Part shown: positions 1-13,894 of the stretch, one piece after another
Layout of the letters: each line of letters starts with the position of its first letter
Numbering within the stretch: position 1 is the first letter of the stretch
NCBI GenBank assembly: GCA_963575745.1
Contig: CAUYUJ010000295.1
Span: 1-64,000 of the forward strand
Origin: Prorocentrum cordatum
Lineage: Eukaryota
Direction of reading: 5' to 3'
Length of the DNA: 64,000 nt
Position numbers and translations under genes: made by a program
Notes under the pieces: model-generated
Databases searched by the model: none
What the model saw: only the letters and a program-made list of their open reading frames with translations
Told to the model about the DNA's origin: nothing

Positions 1-955
1 CTCCTCCTCCTCCTCCCTCCTCCTCCTCCTCCTCCTCCTCCTCCTCCTCCTCCTCCTCCTCCTCCTCCTCCTCCCTCTCCTTCTCCTGCCCAGCTCCTCC
101 TCCTGCCCAGCTCCTCCTCCTCCTCCTCCTCCTGCTCCTCCTCCTCCTCCTCCTCGAGCCATCAGGGAGGGAGCCCCCAGGCTTCGCCCCCCAGGCCCGA
201 GCTCGAGCACGAGCACGAGCGCGAGCCCGAGATCGAGCACGAGCACGAGCCCGGGCCTGGGCCCGAGCCGGAGCGCCAGCCCGAGCGCGAGCCCATGCCT
301 GGCTCCCCTTGGCCCGCCCCACGGGCGGCGCTCCGGCGCACGAGCTCCGAGAGACTCGGTCAACGCGGCGAGCTCCGAGAGACTCGGTCAACGGGGCTGA
401 GGCTCAGAGGAGGGAGGAGAAACCAGCGCCCCGCGGAGAAGGCAAGAGGGGGAGCGAGCGCCCCGCGGAGAAGGAAGATGGGGCTGAGGCTCGGAGAAGG
501 AAGGGGAAACGAGGACCAGGAGAAGGCGGAGGAGAACGAGCGCCCAGCGGGGAGGGAAGAGGGGGCTGAGAATCGGAGGATGAGGGAGGAGAAACGAGGA
601 CCAGGAGAAGGCGAAGGAGAACGAGCGCCCCGCGGAGACACCTCCTCAGACCTTCCCCTGAATCCTCTCAGCCTCATCCCTCCTCGTCCATCCTCCTCGT
701 CCCTCATCCTCCTCCTCCTCCTCCACCTCCTTCGCCTCCTCCTCCTCCTCCTCCTCCTCCTCCTCCCACTCCTCCCCCTCCTCCTCCTCCTCCTCCTCCA
801 CCTCCTCCTTCATCCTCCCTCCTCCTCCTCCTGCGCTCCTCCCTCCTCTCCTCCTCCTCCTCCTCCTCCTCCCTCCTCCTCCCTCCACTGCCCGCCCTCC
901 TCCCTCCCTCCCTCCCTCCCTCCATCCCTCCCTCCCTCCCTCCCTCCCTCCCTCC
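1..955. repeat. (CCT)n low-complexity tracts (1-155, 680-955) with a GA-rich and GAGCAC/GAGCCC spacer
   Basis: Direct inspection; intronic relative to the RBX1 exon. Confidence 0.9.
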
Positions 956-957
956 TA

Positions 958-1149
<192 letters not shown>

Positions 1150-1169
1150 CTAGGATTGTAAGAGGGGCC

Positions 1170-1335
1170 CAGGGACACACGAACGAGTAGACACAAATCC
1201 CAGGATTCCCCGTAGTTTCCCATTTCTGGGTTTTCGTCTTCCCCCACTTCTCAGAAGTGTCCACTATCTTCCCATACTTTCCTCCACCATGTTCCAATAG
1301 TTTCCTGGTGTCGGTGTGTGCCTTTCCCCTCCTGA
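1170..1335. mobile_element. Dispersed ~160-bp repeat, family F; other copies ~7455-7615, ~33575-33727, ~61812-61935
   Basis: Shared core 'cacaaatccc..gattcc...ttttcgtcttcccccacttccca' in four places. Confidence 0.65.
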
Positions 1336-1556
1336 CGCGTGGGCCCTCCTGGCCCCGCATGGGCAAACGTAACTACGGTCGGAGCTGGACAGATGTCGCG
1401 TGCAGCGCCGGTCTCTGCGAACAAACGCACGCCGCACGCCAACCCCGTGAAGCGATTCCCCCCCGCGAGAGCCGCTTCCGTGCACGGCGCCCCCGCGTGC
1501 CAGGGCTTCTTCGGTGCGCGCGCTGTCCCCGAGGCGGAGGGGAAAGCGTGCACCGA

Positions 1557-2520
1557 AGAGGAGGAGGAGGAGGAGGAGGAGGAGGAGGAGGAGGAGGAGG
1601 TGGAGGAGGAGGAGGAGGAGGAGGAAGAGAGAGGAGGAGGAGGAGGAGGAGGATTGAGGAGGAGGAGGAGGAGGAGGAGGAGGAGGAGGAGGAGGAGGAG
1701 GAGGAGGGAGGAGGAGGAGGAAGGAGGAGGAGGAGGAGGAGGAATGGGGAGGAGGAGGAGGAGGAGGGGATGGAGGAGGGGAGGACGGGCAGGAGGAGGA
1801 GGAGGAGGGAGGAGGAAGGGGATGATGATGATGCTGATGATGATGATGCTGCTGCTGATGATGATGATGATGAGGAGGAGGAGGAGGAGGAGGGAGGATG
1901 GGGGGAGGATGGAGGGAATGGAGGATGGAGAGATGGGAGGATGGAGGATGGAGGATGGAGGATGGAGGATGGAGGAGGAGGAGGAGGGGAGGGGAGGAGG
2001 AGGAGGAGGAGGAGGAGCAGGAGAGGGAGCGGCCCATTTCGCCCAACCGATGGGAAGGCGGCGGCGGGCGCGCGAGCGCGCCTCCGGCGGCGGAGGAGGA
2101 GGAGGAAGAGTAGGAGGAGGGGGAGGAGGGGAAAGAGGAGAGGAAGGAGGGTGGGAGGAGGAGAGGAGGAGGAGGAGGAGGAGGAGGAGGAGGAGGATGG
2201 GGATGGATGGGATGGTGATGGGAGGATGGAGGATGGAGGATGGAGGATGGAGGATGGAGGACGGAGGAGGAGGATGGAGGATGGAGGAGGAGGGGAGGAG
2301 GAGAGGAGGAGGACAGGAGGAGGCGCGGCCATTCGCCCGGCGCCCGGCGGGGCGCGCGCGCGCCTCGGCGGCGGAGGAGGAGGAGGAGGAAGAGTAGGAG
2401 GAGGGGGAGGAGGGGAAAGAGGAGAGGAAGGAGGGTGGGAGGAGGAGGAGGAGGAGGAGGAGGAGGAGGAGGAGGAGGAGGAGGAGGAGGAGGAGGAGGA
2501 GGATGGAGGAGGAGGAGGAC
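1557..2520. repeat. (GGA)n / (GGATGGA)n tract with a duplicated GC-rich island
   Basis: Direct inspection; the island 'gcggcc(c)att(t)cgccc...gcgcctc(c)ggcggcgg' occurs at ~2030 and ~2325. Confidence 0.9.
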
Positions 2521-2989
2521 TAATGTTAAAATGGGCGGGGAAGAGGAGGAAGGAGGAGGGGCAAGCTCCATCGGAAGGTCAATATCCCTCCTCCGTCGCT
2601 TGCTAACCACACGCCGTCCACGGTGCAATTGCCAGGTCCGAGCCCCCCCCCTTTGCGGCCGCCGCCCGCACGCGCGCGGAGCGCCGCTCGGCGCCCCCCC
2701 CCTCTCGGTCGGGGGCGCGCAAACATGAATCAACGGTCCATGGGTTTGGCGCGCGGTCGCCAAATCCACGTCCGGAGGTGACGTGCTGAGCGGCAGCGTT
2801 TTTCGGCGAACGCCTTACTGCAACGTATCCAATGTATCCAATGATTGCATACTTGCCACATGTTGTATTGTGTTACATTATTATGTCTCCCCCCTAACCC
2901 CCCTGGGAGCTGCGCCACACCGCCGGACCAAAGTGCCCCCCCCCTCCCGGGGCTCAGAAACCTACCAAAACTTATAGAACATCGATGAT

Positions 2990-4135
2990 TTCGACCTCTT
3001 GGGCCTCTTGGGGGGCCGAGAGGGCGCCAAGACGGTTCAAGATGGGCTCTGTGCGGGCCAAAACGGCCCCGAGACGGTCCGAGATGGTTCCAAGAGGGCC
3101 CCAAAAACCCAAATGACAGCCCAAGGGGGCCCAAAGAGCGCCCACAACTGCGCCTCCAGAGGGCAAAATCATTGATGTTCCTATGGTTTGGGCGCTATTT
3201 TTGCGTTCTCGCCTTTGCGGCCCAAGCAGCTTCGCAAATCGTTCCAGCACAACCCAAAAAGCCCCCAAGAGGGCCCCGAGACGGCCCAACAAAACCCCAA
3301 GACGGCCCAAAGAGGCCCCCAAAACGGTCCAAGAGGCCCCTATGACGGCCCAAGGGGACCCCAAGACGGCTCCAAGGCGGCCCCGAGAGGCCCCCAAGAC
3401 GGCCTCCGAAGGGGCGAAACGGCGCAAAAGCGCCCCAATACGGCCAATGACGCCCCCAAGAGGCCCCAAGAGGCCCCCAAGAGGACCCCAAGGGGCCCCC
3501 ACGAGCCCCCAAGAGGCCTCCGAGATGTCTTCAAGAAACCTCCCAAAAGGCACCAAAGAAGCCCCCCGAAGGACACGCAGCGACTGGAGTGTAATGTCAT
3601 GTTGCCAACCTGGGCGAACTGCGGCGCAGCGGCAGCCAGGTGGAAGTTGGAAGCCCCCAAGAGGGCCCCAATACGACCCAACAGAGCCTCCAGACGGCCC
3701 AAATAGGCCCCCAAGACGGTCCAAGAGGCCCCTATGACGGCCCAAGAGGACCCCAAGACGGCCCCAAGGCGGCCGCGAGAGGCCCCCAAGACGGCCTCCG
3801 AAGGGGCGAAACGGAGCAAAAGCGCTCCAATACTGCCAAAAACGCCCCCAAGAGGCCCCAAGAGGCCCCCAAGAGGCCCCCAAGGGGCCCCAAAAGGCCT
3901 CCAAGATGTCTTCAAGAAGCCTCTCAAAAGGCTCCAAAGAAGCCCCCCAAAGGCCACACAGCGACTAGAGTGCAATCCCATTTTCCCAACCTGGGCGAAT
4001 TGCGGCGCAGCGCCAGCCACGTGGAAGTTGGTCACAGCGGCGCCCATGATTAGAGCTGGCGCTGGAAGGAAATATGAGGAGGGAGCGTGAAAAGGAGGAA
4101 GAGAGGCCCCAAAGAAGTCCCCAAGAGGCCCAAGG
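2990..4135. repeat. 'ccaagaggccc/ccaagacggccc' satellite-like repeat, family G, with an internal ~370-bp tandem duplication; related blocks ~16020-16230, ~19850-20260, ~53340-53900
   Basis: Recurrent 11-12-nt motif; ~3280-3650 is repeated at ~3650-4030. Confidence 0.8.
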
Positions 4136-4903
4136 AAACGTGTACGTGCTCCGGACGTGCACCCCGCGAAGCGAGAGGATCCATGGATCGGGGGAGGTGC
4201 CCTCCCCAGAATGCGGCCGGTGCTGCCCCGTTCGGCGGTGGAAATGTGTGATTTCCCACGGAAGCGGGGCCCGTCGCTGATCCACAACCCCCTGGATCCA
4301 TGTCTGCGATCGCCCGACTCGGGCGCTGCTCCCGGGGGGGGGGGGGGGGGCGGCCACGCACGGTGGGCGAGGGGAGGCTCGGCCTCGAACTCCGAGCCCT
4401 GCCCTCGCCGGTCGACGACTCAGGGCAACTCGGCAACTCTCGAGGGTCGGCGGGGGGCAGGGCTCGGAATGCGTCGAGCGCCCGGCGAAACCCCGACCCC
4501 AGCCGCGCCGCACTTTTCGTGCACCCTTTGGAGCCATAAACAAGGGCCCCCTTTCCTGCGACTCTAGGTGCCCCCCTTCCCATAGAATAAGAACAAATGA
4601 CATAAACATGAGCTTTTGGCGCTCCGCGTGGATTTCTTGGATCTGCGCGCGGAGGCGCCAACAGCCCATGTTCATGTCGCCTTCTCTTCGACCCCGCTCG
4701 TAGCCCCCGCCTCATTGCGAGACGCTGGATCTTGGGCCCCCCACCCCTCCCATAGCTGTTCTGAGCCCGCTCGGCGTCTCTCGTCGAGGCACTGGCCACC
4801 AGAGGCCCGGGCCGCGATCCCCGCCGTGCCTCCCGCGAGTGCCCTGAGGGTCGGGGCCCGTCTCTCCGAGCCAGCAGACGCTGGGACGCACAGAGACATA
4901 CTA

Positions 4904-5025
4904 CAGGGCAGTTTTTAATACATATGATTTTTGAACAGATCGGATTTTTAATACATGAGTAATTTGTGGATGAACTTATGCATGAACATGATCCGCACGC
5001 GGAGCATGTATTAAAAACAGCACTG
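4904..5025. mobile_element. Tc1/mariner-like MITE
   Basis: TIRs cagggcagtttttaatacat / atgtattaaaaacagcactg, flanked by TA on both sides. Confidence 0.7.
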
Positions 5026-5209
5026 TACTACATGTCCTCTTTGGAGGCGCGCGTCCGACCCAAACATGTAGTATATCCATCTTGTAGTATATCGTTTCCC
5101 GAGCGAAATGGCCAGAAAGCGCCCGCCACAACGCCGTATACTACAAGATTTCTCGGTGCGCGCGTCGCCCCTGGGGGTGGGGTGGGGGGGGCGACGCACA
5201 CATAATCTT

Positions 5210-5515
5210 AGTATGTTGGGGGGACGCCGATACGCCATCCTCTCGGCGGACAGTATGTAGTCCAAACGCTGAACTAATCCAGGCCTCCCAAATCGGGCAA
5301 GAGTAGTAGGGTCAGTGGAGCGCGCCGCTTCTTGAGCAGGGACCGACCGCACTCCCATGATCAAATCAAGCCGATGTATCAAAGGCAAGACGGTCTGAGC
5401 CACAGGAGGTTCAACGAGCATCTCGTGCAAGCCGCAACAGCAATGTTCCAACATCATTTGATGGACTATGGGCAAACCAAAGCGCCTCGCCACTGCTTTG
5501 TGATCGCAAAATGCC
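5210..5515 (-). pseudogene. Decayed LINE apurinic-endonuclease fragment; related fragment ~10200-10420
   Basis: Reads ...LHEMLVE...QRLDYILS, resembling the APE RIDYI motif; shares 'gcctcgccactgctt' with 10376. Confidence 0.4.
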
Positions 5516-7039
5516 AATACCGCTACTCCCCCTAGACCTCTCCCCGGGTGCGCTCTGACCAGAATTTCGAAAAGAATCCTGCAGTGGCGACGAGGGCCTC
5601 CCAGGAGGCGCAAAGAGGGCGAGAACGAAGACAGGGTAGCGGTCTCAGTACCTGTTCCGCCTTTGCTGCTTGAGCTTCGTCGCTGCATCGGCGACGCTGC
5701 TCCCCAGAGCCCCGACGTCATGATTTTGGCACGGCGCGACCCCCCAGAGGTCCGAACCCATTCCCCGGGACTGGCTCTTCATCCCGAATATTTTCCGACG
5801 GTCCCGAGGCCTGGTGAGTGCCCCCCCAGAGGCCAAAAATTCAGGAGAGACAGCGGTACCACTACCACCAGCTAGGGGGGTGGCCGCTCCCTCCCCTCGA
5901 GCTGGTGGCACCTCCTTCTGGGAACTCTCTGGAGGCATGCCCGGAACGAGGCGCCACCAGCTCGAGAGGGTGGCACAGCCACTGCCCTAGCTGGTGGCCG
6001 TGGTACTTTTGTCTCTGGTGAAGAGTGGCCAAAACCCTCCCGTCGTGATTTCTTCACGACTCGACGTGGGTCTGGGTCGATAGGAGAAGGAGGAGGAGGG
6101 GAGGAGGAGGAGGAGGAGGAGAAGGAGGAGGAGGGAGGAGGAGGAGAGGAGGAGGAGAAGGAGGAGGGGAGGAGGAGGAGGGGAGGAGGAGGAGGAGGAG
6201 GAGGAGGAGGAGGAGGAGGAGGGGAGGAGGGAGCCCGCTTTTTTCTCCGCGCCGGCGTCGCCGATCCCGCGGAGCCGCGCGCGCCTCGCGGCTCTGGCAC
6301 CCTCGCGGGCGCCAAGGAGCCGCGGCGCGCGCCGAGAAGCGGGCGGGCGGGCGGGCGTTCGCTCTCGCGCGCCCACTCTCGAGGAGGCGCAAGACATCTG
6401 CGGCTCCCTTCCCATCCTGTTTTCCCTCCTCTCGGGCCGGGCGAAAGGGGGGGATGGCAAAGGCGCGGTTTGAGAGTCAGCTCACGTAGCTGATTTTCCC
6501 GGCGCCTCCCGGCGCCGGGAGGCGCCCATGTATCGAGGAACGAGCCCCTCGGTGGGGCCGAAACCAGCTGCATGCAGCAGATTTCGTACCCCCCCCCTTT
6601 CTCCATCCCCCCCTTTCGTTCGGCCCGATCCTCCTGAACACGCCTCGTGCGAGGAGGAGGGCGTGGAGCCGGAGGGGAAGGAGGAAACAGGAAGGCGACG
6701 GACGGGACGAGGAGGACGAGGAGGAGGAGGGCGAGGAGGAGGAGGACGACGACGCCAGCGGGGCCCGCCTGCGCGCCCGTTGGGCCATGGGAGGATTCCA
6801 GAGAGAAAGGACGACGACGAGATTTACGTTGCTCTCATCTCGACTACACGCAAGAGTGACCCTGCGTAAGAGTGACCTTTGGTGCGCGGTTTTTTGGGGG
6901 CTGCGGGGGGACCAACCACAAGCGCGCGAGACGCTACTATCGCACCGCGTTCGGCGATCGGGGGACCCCAACGGGCCCGCACCAAAGGTCGCTCCGGCGA
7001 AGGGTCACTCTTACGTTTAGTCGACCACCGCACTTGAGA

Positions 7040-7172
7040 ACCACATCCCAGAGATGATTTCGAGCACCCAGAGAAGTATCGAAATGGTGTCGAACGAGTA
7101 TCGCCTCCTGGTGCCGGACGCGTGACAACCCTCCGATTTCGGTACTTTCCTGGTGCTCGAAATGCTCCCTGG
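7040..7172. mobile_element. ~130-bp TIR repeat; second copy ~14908-15040
   Basis: atttcgagcacc ... ggtgctcgaaat inverted ends; the two copies are colinear. Confidence 0.65.
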
Positions 7173-8429
7173 TGATCAAAGATAAAACAAGTTGGACTAT
7201 CATAACGTAAGACTCGTGTACAGGGGGACTCGAGTTGGCCTGACGGGGCCATCATGAAAATTACGAGGCCCAATGTCTGAAATCTGACGCGAGCTCCCGC
7301 TGCAAGCATCCCACGAAAATCGGACCGTCAAAATCCAGGACGCGCTCATCAGACAAGTCGGCAAATCTGAGTTCTGGTTTACTCGAGTCTTACGTTTCCC
7401 CGACTCTAGGAAGTCGGGGCTGATTGGAGAGAACTCGCGAGAGTCAAGGGGCTCAAGGACACACGCCAAGAAACATACACAAATCCCCAAAATCCTCCAT
7501 GTATTTTCCCATGCTTTCTGTGTTTTCCGTCTTCCCCACCCCCACTTCCCATAGTTTCCCATATTTCCCTGGGATGCGACGATTCATTGTGTCTGTGTGT
7601 TTTTCCCCTCCCGAAGAACACGCGAAAGGACACAAGACCATTCCGAGGGTCAGATTAGTGCAGAAGGCATGGGTCGCGAGACACAGGACACAAGGGTACC
7701 CCTGGTTTTGCAGGTAGAAGACCCTGACTTTGCAGGCACAAGAAGAAACAACTGCATAAATAGAAACTTCTGGCCATCCGCGCGGATGCCTTGGATCTGC
7801 GCTGGACCCCCCTCCCTGGCGCGCGGAGCGCGCCAGGGGCGGCGCCGGAGGCGCTGCCAGGGCACTCCAGCGCAGATTCGACTGTATATAAAGTTATATG
7901 TATATATATATATATATATGCACACGTGTGTATATATATGTATATAGGTATGTATGTCTAATCATATTTATATAGATCCATATCTGTTTCCCTCTCTCTC
8001 TCTCTATCTCTCTCTCTCTCTTCGAAGAGACGTGAGGCTCGAGCTCTCGACGCGCCCTCCGTCCACACCCGCCGGTGTGGAGCAACGCCCGTGGACACGT
8101 CGCGGGGGCTTAGCAACCACTGTGTTGATGCTGAGCTGCACTTGGTGTGCTTGTTTTCCACCGCCACCACCGGTGCCACCAGCTCGGGGAGAAGAGCGGC
8201 CAGCCCCCCTAGCTGGTGGTGGTGGTTCTTTCTTCTCGTGTGAATTGGCCCGACGGGGCTGTCGGGAAAAAACTGACGAGGCCCGGCGTGACATCTGCCG
8301 CGAGGCTCCCGCTGCAGACCCTTTCACCGAACGCTGGACCGGCGCAAGGCTCGGGACGGCCGTCCGTCAGCCAAAGAGCGCAGGCACACGCGAGATCTGC
8401 GGCAACTCGTGGGAGAGGTGATCCAGGAT

Positions 8430-8670
8430 GCTCCTCGATGGTCCTCGCAGAGATACATTACACACGTCCGAGCGATGCCACGTGACTGGCGAACGGAGCC
8501 TTACGCTTCCTCTCTCTCTCTCTCTCTCTCGCGGGCCCAGCGACGCGCGGCGCGCGCCAGGCTCCTCGACGGCCCTCGCGGAGAAAAAGTGCACACGTCC
8601 GAGCGATGCCACGTGACTTGCGAACGGAGCCTTACGCTTCCCTGATCTCTCTCTCTCTCTCTCGCTCTTC
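8430..8670. repeat. Tandem duplication of a ~131-bp unit ending in (CT)n
   Basis: 'cacacgtccgagcgatgccacgtgact.gcgaacggagccttacgcttcc' at 8461 and 8593. Confidence 0.85.
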
Positions 8671-11633
8671 TCTCAGAGGGGCAACAATAGGGGGACTGGC
8701 ACAGGGGGGATGCATCGACCTGGAATCGGCGATACATCGCCGATAGATCGGCGATAGGGCTCCGATCGTGAGTCCGCACCTTCCTGGGCAGGTCGGGGCT
8801 ATCGGGCCCCTATCGGCGATCCATGGGCGATTGGGGGTCGATGCATCCCCTCCCTGTGCCTATTCCCCCCCTGATCGTTGCCCCTGACTCTCTCTCTCTC
8901 TCTCTGTCGCCGAGCCCAGCGGCGCGCGGCGCTCGCCGGCGGCGCGCCGGTGGCGGCCGGCGACGGGGCCTGCGGGCCGCCCGTCGTCGTGGTGGGAGCG
9001 CGGCAGGGCAGACCGTCGGGACGGCGGCGACGCCGACGACGACGCCGCCGAGGACGACGACGCCCGGAAGGACCCTTGTGCTGCATCCTCGGGGGACCTT
9101 GTCTGTTCCGTCGGGGCCCTATCCGCGTCGAATCCGTGTCGACTCAATCGATAGAGGCGGATCGGCGATCGAAATACATCGGGTCAGCGGAAATCGGCAG
9201 CCGAGTCGGGCAAGTCGAATCGGAGGAAATCGACAGGCTAGAATGTCTCCACCAAGGAAACGGAGCCCAAATCGGAACCAAAGCCGAACCGAATCGGCAT
9301 CGGAAGCCATCGAAATCGAATCGAATCGAATCAGAGGAATCGAAACGAGCCCGGGGGGGGGGCACGCGGACCCGAGCGTCGAAAGATCCGCAGATCGAGC
9401 GCCGAAGGATCGCTGGACTCATCTTTTTCCCGTCGGCGGAGGGGGCACTGCCCGAGCAACGAGGGAGCATGGTGGAACCCGCACGCACCCGCCGAGACCC
9501 GTCGGGCGGGGTTGGTTTGGTACGTCGGGAAGTCCCCCCGCCCCCGGGGGCTCCGTCCGTCGGGAAGCAAGAGTCGGGGGCCAATACAAGCGCTAAGTCG
9601 GGCGTGTCTCCCTACAGGGGGATTTTCGAGGAAAAATGAAAAAAATACTGACAGAATGCTCCCACATGAAGAAAAATACAGCAAAAACAAATCCTCAGAC
9701 TCTTTTCTTTTTAAAGCAATTTTTGAATATTCCTCCTGTAGAGGGACGGGCCCGCCTTCATGCAAGCGGGAGTCAACCAGAACGCCGGATCTTGGGGCGC
9801 ACTGGCCCAGGTCTGGGTGCATGATCCTGCAAGATCCTGCAAGGCCTGACTGACACGGGTTTGGATTGACCCGGGTCAGAAGATCCCCGAATCCGATGTG
9901 ATCGATCGCCCCCGGCCCGATTCGCTTCGACTCTGTGCGCCCTCAGGACGCGCAAGGGTCACTGAGGTGTCGGAATCGACCCGAACTCCTGACGTCATGA
10001 TGTTTGCATGACACGACCCCGCAGAGATCCCAACCCATTCCCGGGACCAGCTTTTCGTCCTGAGTCGTTTTTAACGGTCCCGAGTCCAAGTAAAGGGCCC
10101 CCCACGGGCCGAAAATAGCGAGAAACCTCCCGTCGTGAATTTTTGTTTTCATGACTCGAGGGGCGGATCGAGCCTGGGGCGATGGTTATCGACCGAGGCC
10201 GATTTTGTCCGGATAAGCAGGGGCCGACCGTCCCGGCATTCGTATTGACCTACCACGAACTATTCAAAGAACGGAGCCAATGTTCTTGGAACGTTAGCCC
10301 GATGTGTTACAACAAGACGGCAGACCAGACCTTAGACAACATTCCCTGGTGGGCCAACTGATGGGCCAGCCAAGACGCCTCGCCACTGCTTGACAAAAGG
10401 ATTGGTGGGGTCGGACTGACCTGGGTCAATCCAGACCATGTCAGCCGGGCCTTGCAGGATCCTGTAAGACCCCGCAGGATCCTGCACCCAAACCCAGGTT
10501 CAAATCGGGCGTGTCCCCCTACAGGGGGATCGTCGACGAAAAATAAAAGAATGCTCCCAAATGGTCAACAAATGCGCAAAAAATAATCCCCATATTATGT
10601 TTTTGACTATTTTTGAATATTCCTCCTGTAGAAGGGCGGGCCCGACTTAAACCCAGCGCAGTGCGACCCTGGCCCTCCAGGATCCTGCAGGACCTGGCGC
10701 TCTGGCGGACCCCCGTGGCCGCAAGGCTGCCTTCCTCGCCGTGGCGCGCCGCTGTCGGGGCCCGGGGGGGGGGGGGGGCGCCGGACGATCCTGCCCACTT
10801 CGGGCGCCTCCCATCGCCCCTCGGAACCTCCCTTGGGGGCCCCTCGTGCGACTCGCGGGGCGCCCAAAAGGCCTCCGAGATAATGGCTCCCAGGGTGGCC
10901 GGAGAGGCCCCCGAGAGGGTCCCAGGAATTCTTTCCGAGGGCGCAGCATGAACTGGAGCAAACAACCACATGTTTGTTTCTCCACTTATTCTTCTTCTTC
11001 TTCTTCTTCTTCTTCTTCTTCTTCTTCTTCATCGTCTATACTTCGCCACGGCCGCCCACCGCGCTCTGGCCCTGCGCGCCTGGCTGCTGCTGCCCGCCGG
11101 CAGCTCATCGTCGAAATCTTCGGCGTCTGAGCGTCCCTCCTTCCTCTCGGCCTCCCCACTCCTTCTTGCACGCCGGCCAATTCGCGAATTAGTGCCCCCA
11201 CCGAGCTGTTCGCTGGAGCGGATTTCGCCGCCTCGCCGCTGATGAGAAAATGTCTCCACTTCTTCTTTCCAGCTTCATCCACGGTCTTCGACCCCGGTGG
11301 GCACCGCTTGGGTTGTTCGGCGATCTGGGGGGTCCTCCGGGGCCGTCCTGGACCCCTGTCACGCCCTGTGTTATTTACATGTTCAACTTCTCTCACCATG
11401 ACGCCCGCCGTGTGTGAACGGGCTTCGCACCTGGCTACATGTTCACAGATGCGACCACGTTCCAAACATGTGGAGCGGCAGCATCTGCCCCCTCTGCAGC
11501 GTTGAAGCGAACAGCTCTAGCCAAGATAGGGGTCACCAACTGCATCAAGACAAAAACCTGCTCTCCCGAAAAGGACATGCTGCATGACCTGGTGCGGGCC
11601 GCACCTCACGCGCCGGACGACGCACCGCTCTGG

Positions 11634-11835
11634 TAAGGGAAGAAGCAACGGCATAAATATTAAAACAAATCGGAGGTCCGCGCGGATTCCTCGGATCCGC
11701 GCTGTGGCCCCCTGGCGGCGCCTTTGGCGCCGCCCCTGGCGCGCTCCGCGCGCCATGGAGGGGGGTCCAGCGCGGATCCGACAAACCCGTGCTAACCTCA
11801 GAATTTGTATGTTTATGCCATTTTTTGTTCCCCTA
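11634..11835. mobile_element. MITE family A (~200 bp, ~75-bp TIRs, 5-bp TSD). Copies: 4583-4691 (internally deleted), ~7740-7885 (partial), 11634-11835, 14455-14652, 20811-21013, 25155-25848 (expanded), ~26791-26995, 48764-48963, 49121-49325, 58886-59084, 59573-59771
   Basis: Ends T(C/A)GGGGAAC...GTTCCCC(G/T)A with 'tccgcgcgga' arms. Perfect TSDs: ACACC (20806/21014), GCATC (49116/49326), GATCC (58881/59085). Near-perfect: TCTGG/TCTTG, TAGAA/TCGAA. Confidence 0.9.
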
Positions 11836-11851
11836 TCTTGGGGAGGCCAGA

Positions 11852-12004
11852 AGGTATCGATACCGCTACTCCCCCGCTACTCCCCAAATCTCTCCCAGGG
11901 TGCGTTTCGACCAGGATTCGAAACGAATCCGATGGTGGCGACGAGGGCATCCGAGGAGGCCCCAACAAAGGGAAAAACGAGGAAAGGGTAGCGGTATGGA
12001 TACC
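11852..12004. mobile_element. TIR repeat family I; other copies ~5510-5655, ~47770-47910
   Basis: ggtatcgataccgctac ... gtagcggtatggatacc inverted ends. Confidence 0.7.
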
Positions 12005-13894
12005 TTTTCCTCCTCTGGCATCTGGGGCCGGGGGCCCCTACGACAACAGGCGGGCCCTCGCACACTGCGCCCGCCGCGCGCCCTCGGCCACAGGCGGCGG
12101 GTGTCGCACCCTGTGGGCGTGCGCGGCGCGGGCCCGAGAGCAACCCGCGCTCGGGCCCCGTCCCCAGCGGGGACACGCCCGCCCCCTGCGAAGGCGACCA
12201 GGCGAGGGGCCTGGGGACCCCATGCCGAGAGGGGCCTCCTCCTCCTTCTCCTTCTCCCCCTCCCTTTCTCATTCCTCCTCCTCCTCGTCCTCCCTCCTCC
12301 TCTTCCTCATCTGGAAGCCGGCCCCCATATGATCCGGGCCCCGCTGAAATCCGGGCGCGGGCGGCGGACCGGGCGAGGGGCCAGCGGTTGCTAAAAAATA
12401 GCCTTCCAGACCTATAGACCTATCTGGGCCGCCGAAAACCTCGACAAGAGTTAAGATGTCGAGGTCCTCGTGCAATCTTTCAGCCCTCCTGGAAGGTCAG
12501 GGCCCGGTTGGGGGCCCCCGACCTGGACCCCACGGGGGGGAAGCTGGGCCCCCCTGAGACCCGGGCGCTGCAATTCTTCAGCGCCGTGGGCGTCTCTGCG
12601 CGGTGTCGGGCCCCGGGGCCATCACAAACGGCTGCGGCTTGGCAGCTGCCGCAAAAATTGGCACGGGGCTCTGGATGGGATTTTTCGCGACGTTGCAGCT
12701 CTTCATGACGTCGGATCTCAGGCTTGGTCACCGACGATGCAAGGGTCCTCCTCGCGAGTCGGCGACGGCTGGCCTGGACCAAGACCAAGGCTGGCGCCGA
12801 CGAAGTCCCACGACATCTCGGTCATGGCCATCGTTCTTTCCTCGTCGTTTGCGTATGCGTTGACAGGACTATTGGAAAGGCTGGGGGGGAAGCGAAACAA
12901 CAAAAACAATCAAACAAATATTGGGTGTCGCCCCGCCTCCGAACGCGGAATGCAAACGGAAGCCCCTTCGATCGTTGAGATACGAAAGCACTCCATGTAC
13001 AGTCATCGTGCTACTACAAGGGAGCGCTGAGTAGGGAACGAAGGGGCTCCTCTGCATACAACGAGCCTCGGCCACGAGTAGGCTCGCCGGCCCGGATCGA
13101 AGGAGCGGCCCGGAACCGGGAACCCCCCCCGCCCTCAGTCCGACGTGGTCGTTATCTCGGCGTCCTGACTGTATGCTCGGATCTGCAAGTCTAGACACAG
13201 CATACCTCATGCCAGCGAAGCGGTCTGGACGGCTGCTTGCCCGCGTGTTTCCTTCTCTTGGTCCGTCTGCGCGCGCGGCCGCTATTTCATCGGCCCGCGC
13301 GTGCGTGGCTTGTCTTTTCGTGCCCTCCTTTCTTGTTGCAAGAGGGAAAAGATTTACACTGCCCCATGCCTGCAGTCCGCGGAGCACCTGGTCTGGTCCA
13401 GGTGTTTCGAAACACCTGCCGCTCCACAAAATGCAGGACTAATCTATACATTTAGATATGAGGCAAAGAAACGGTCTCACAAAAAATGTATTAGGCACGC
13501 CAGAAGTACACTCAGGATTCAAGCCTGTCGCCGAATCATCGTGCACGTCCTGCACTGAAAGATCTGTCCCGTATGAGGTCAAAAATGATTGGCCTGGCAC
13601 TGCGTCCGATCTTGTGCCTTCTCATCGCGACGTCCCTGCCCCCGAACTTGCACTACAAACTAATTCGGACATCTCAGAGGCTCTACCCCGAGGTTGTGTC
13701 CATGTAAAAAGAAAAAGGCATGGTGGAGGTCCGCGAGGATTATTGGACTTACGAGCCAGATGTACCGCCAGGAGGGGGCGTTTTTGTTCCTGGTCTTCGC
13801 ATGTAGGAGGCTCTACCCCGAAGCGCGTTCGGTGATGCCATGCAGAGGCCTGCTGTCGTGTGGGCATCGGCCACTGCCAGCACCGTCGCTGCCA

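Noticed and set aside
1257..2769. Long poly-E/G/R/P/L/S ORFs (also 28939-30282, 32489-33762, 56688-58748, 60667-62025)
   Set aside because: Open only because (GGA)n/(CCT)n has no stops; open in several frames at once.
12688..12831. Candidate RBX1 first exon (MAMTEM...RSDVMKSCNV)
   Set aside because: Needs a frameshift and many substitutions, inconsistent with the perfectly conserved downstream exon.
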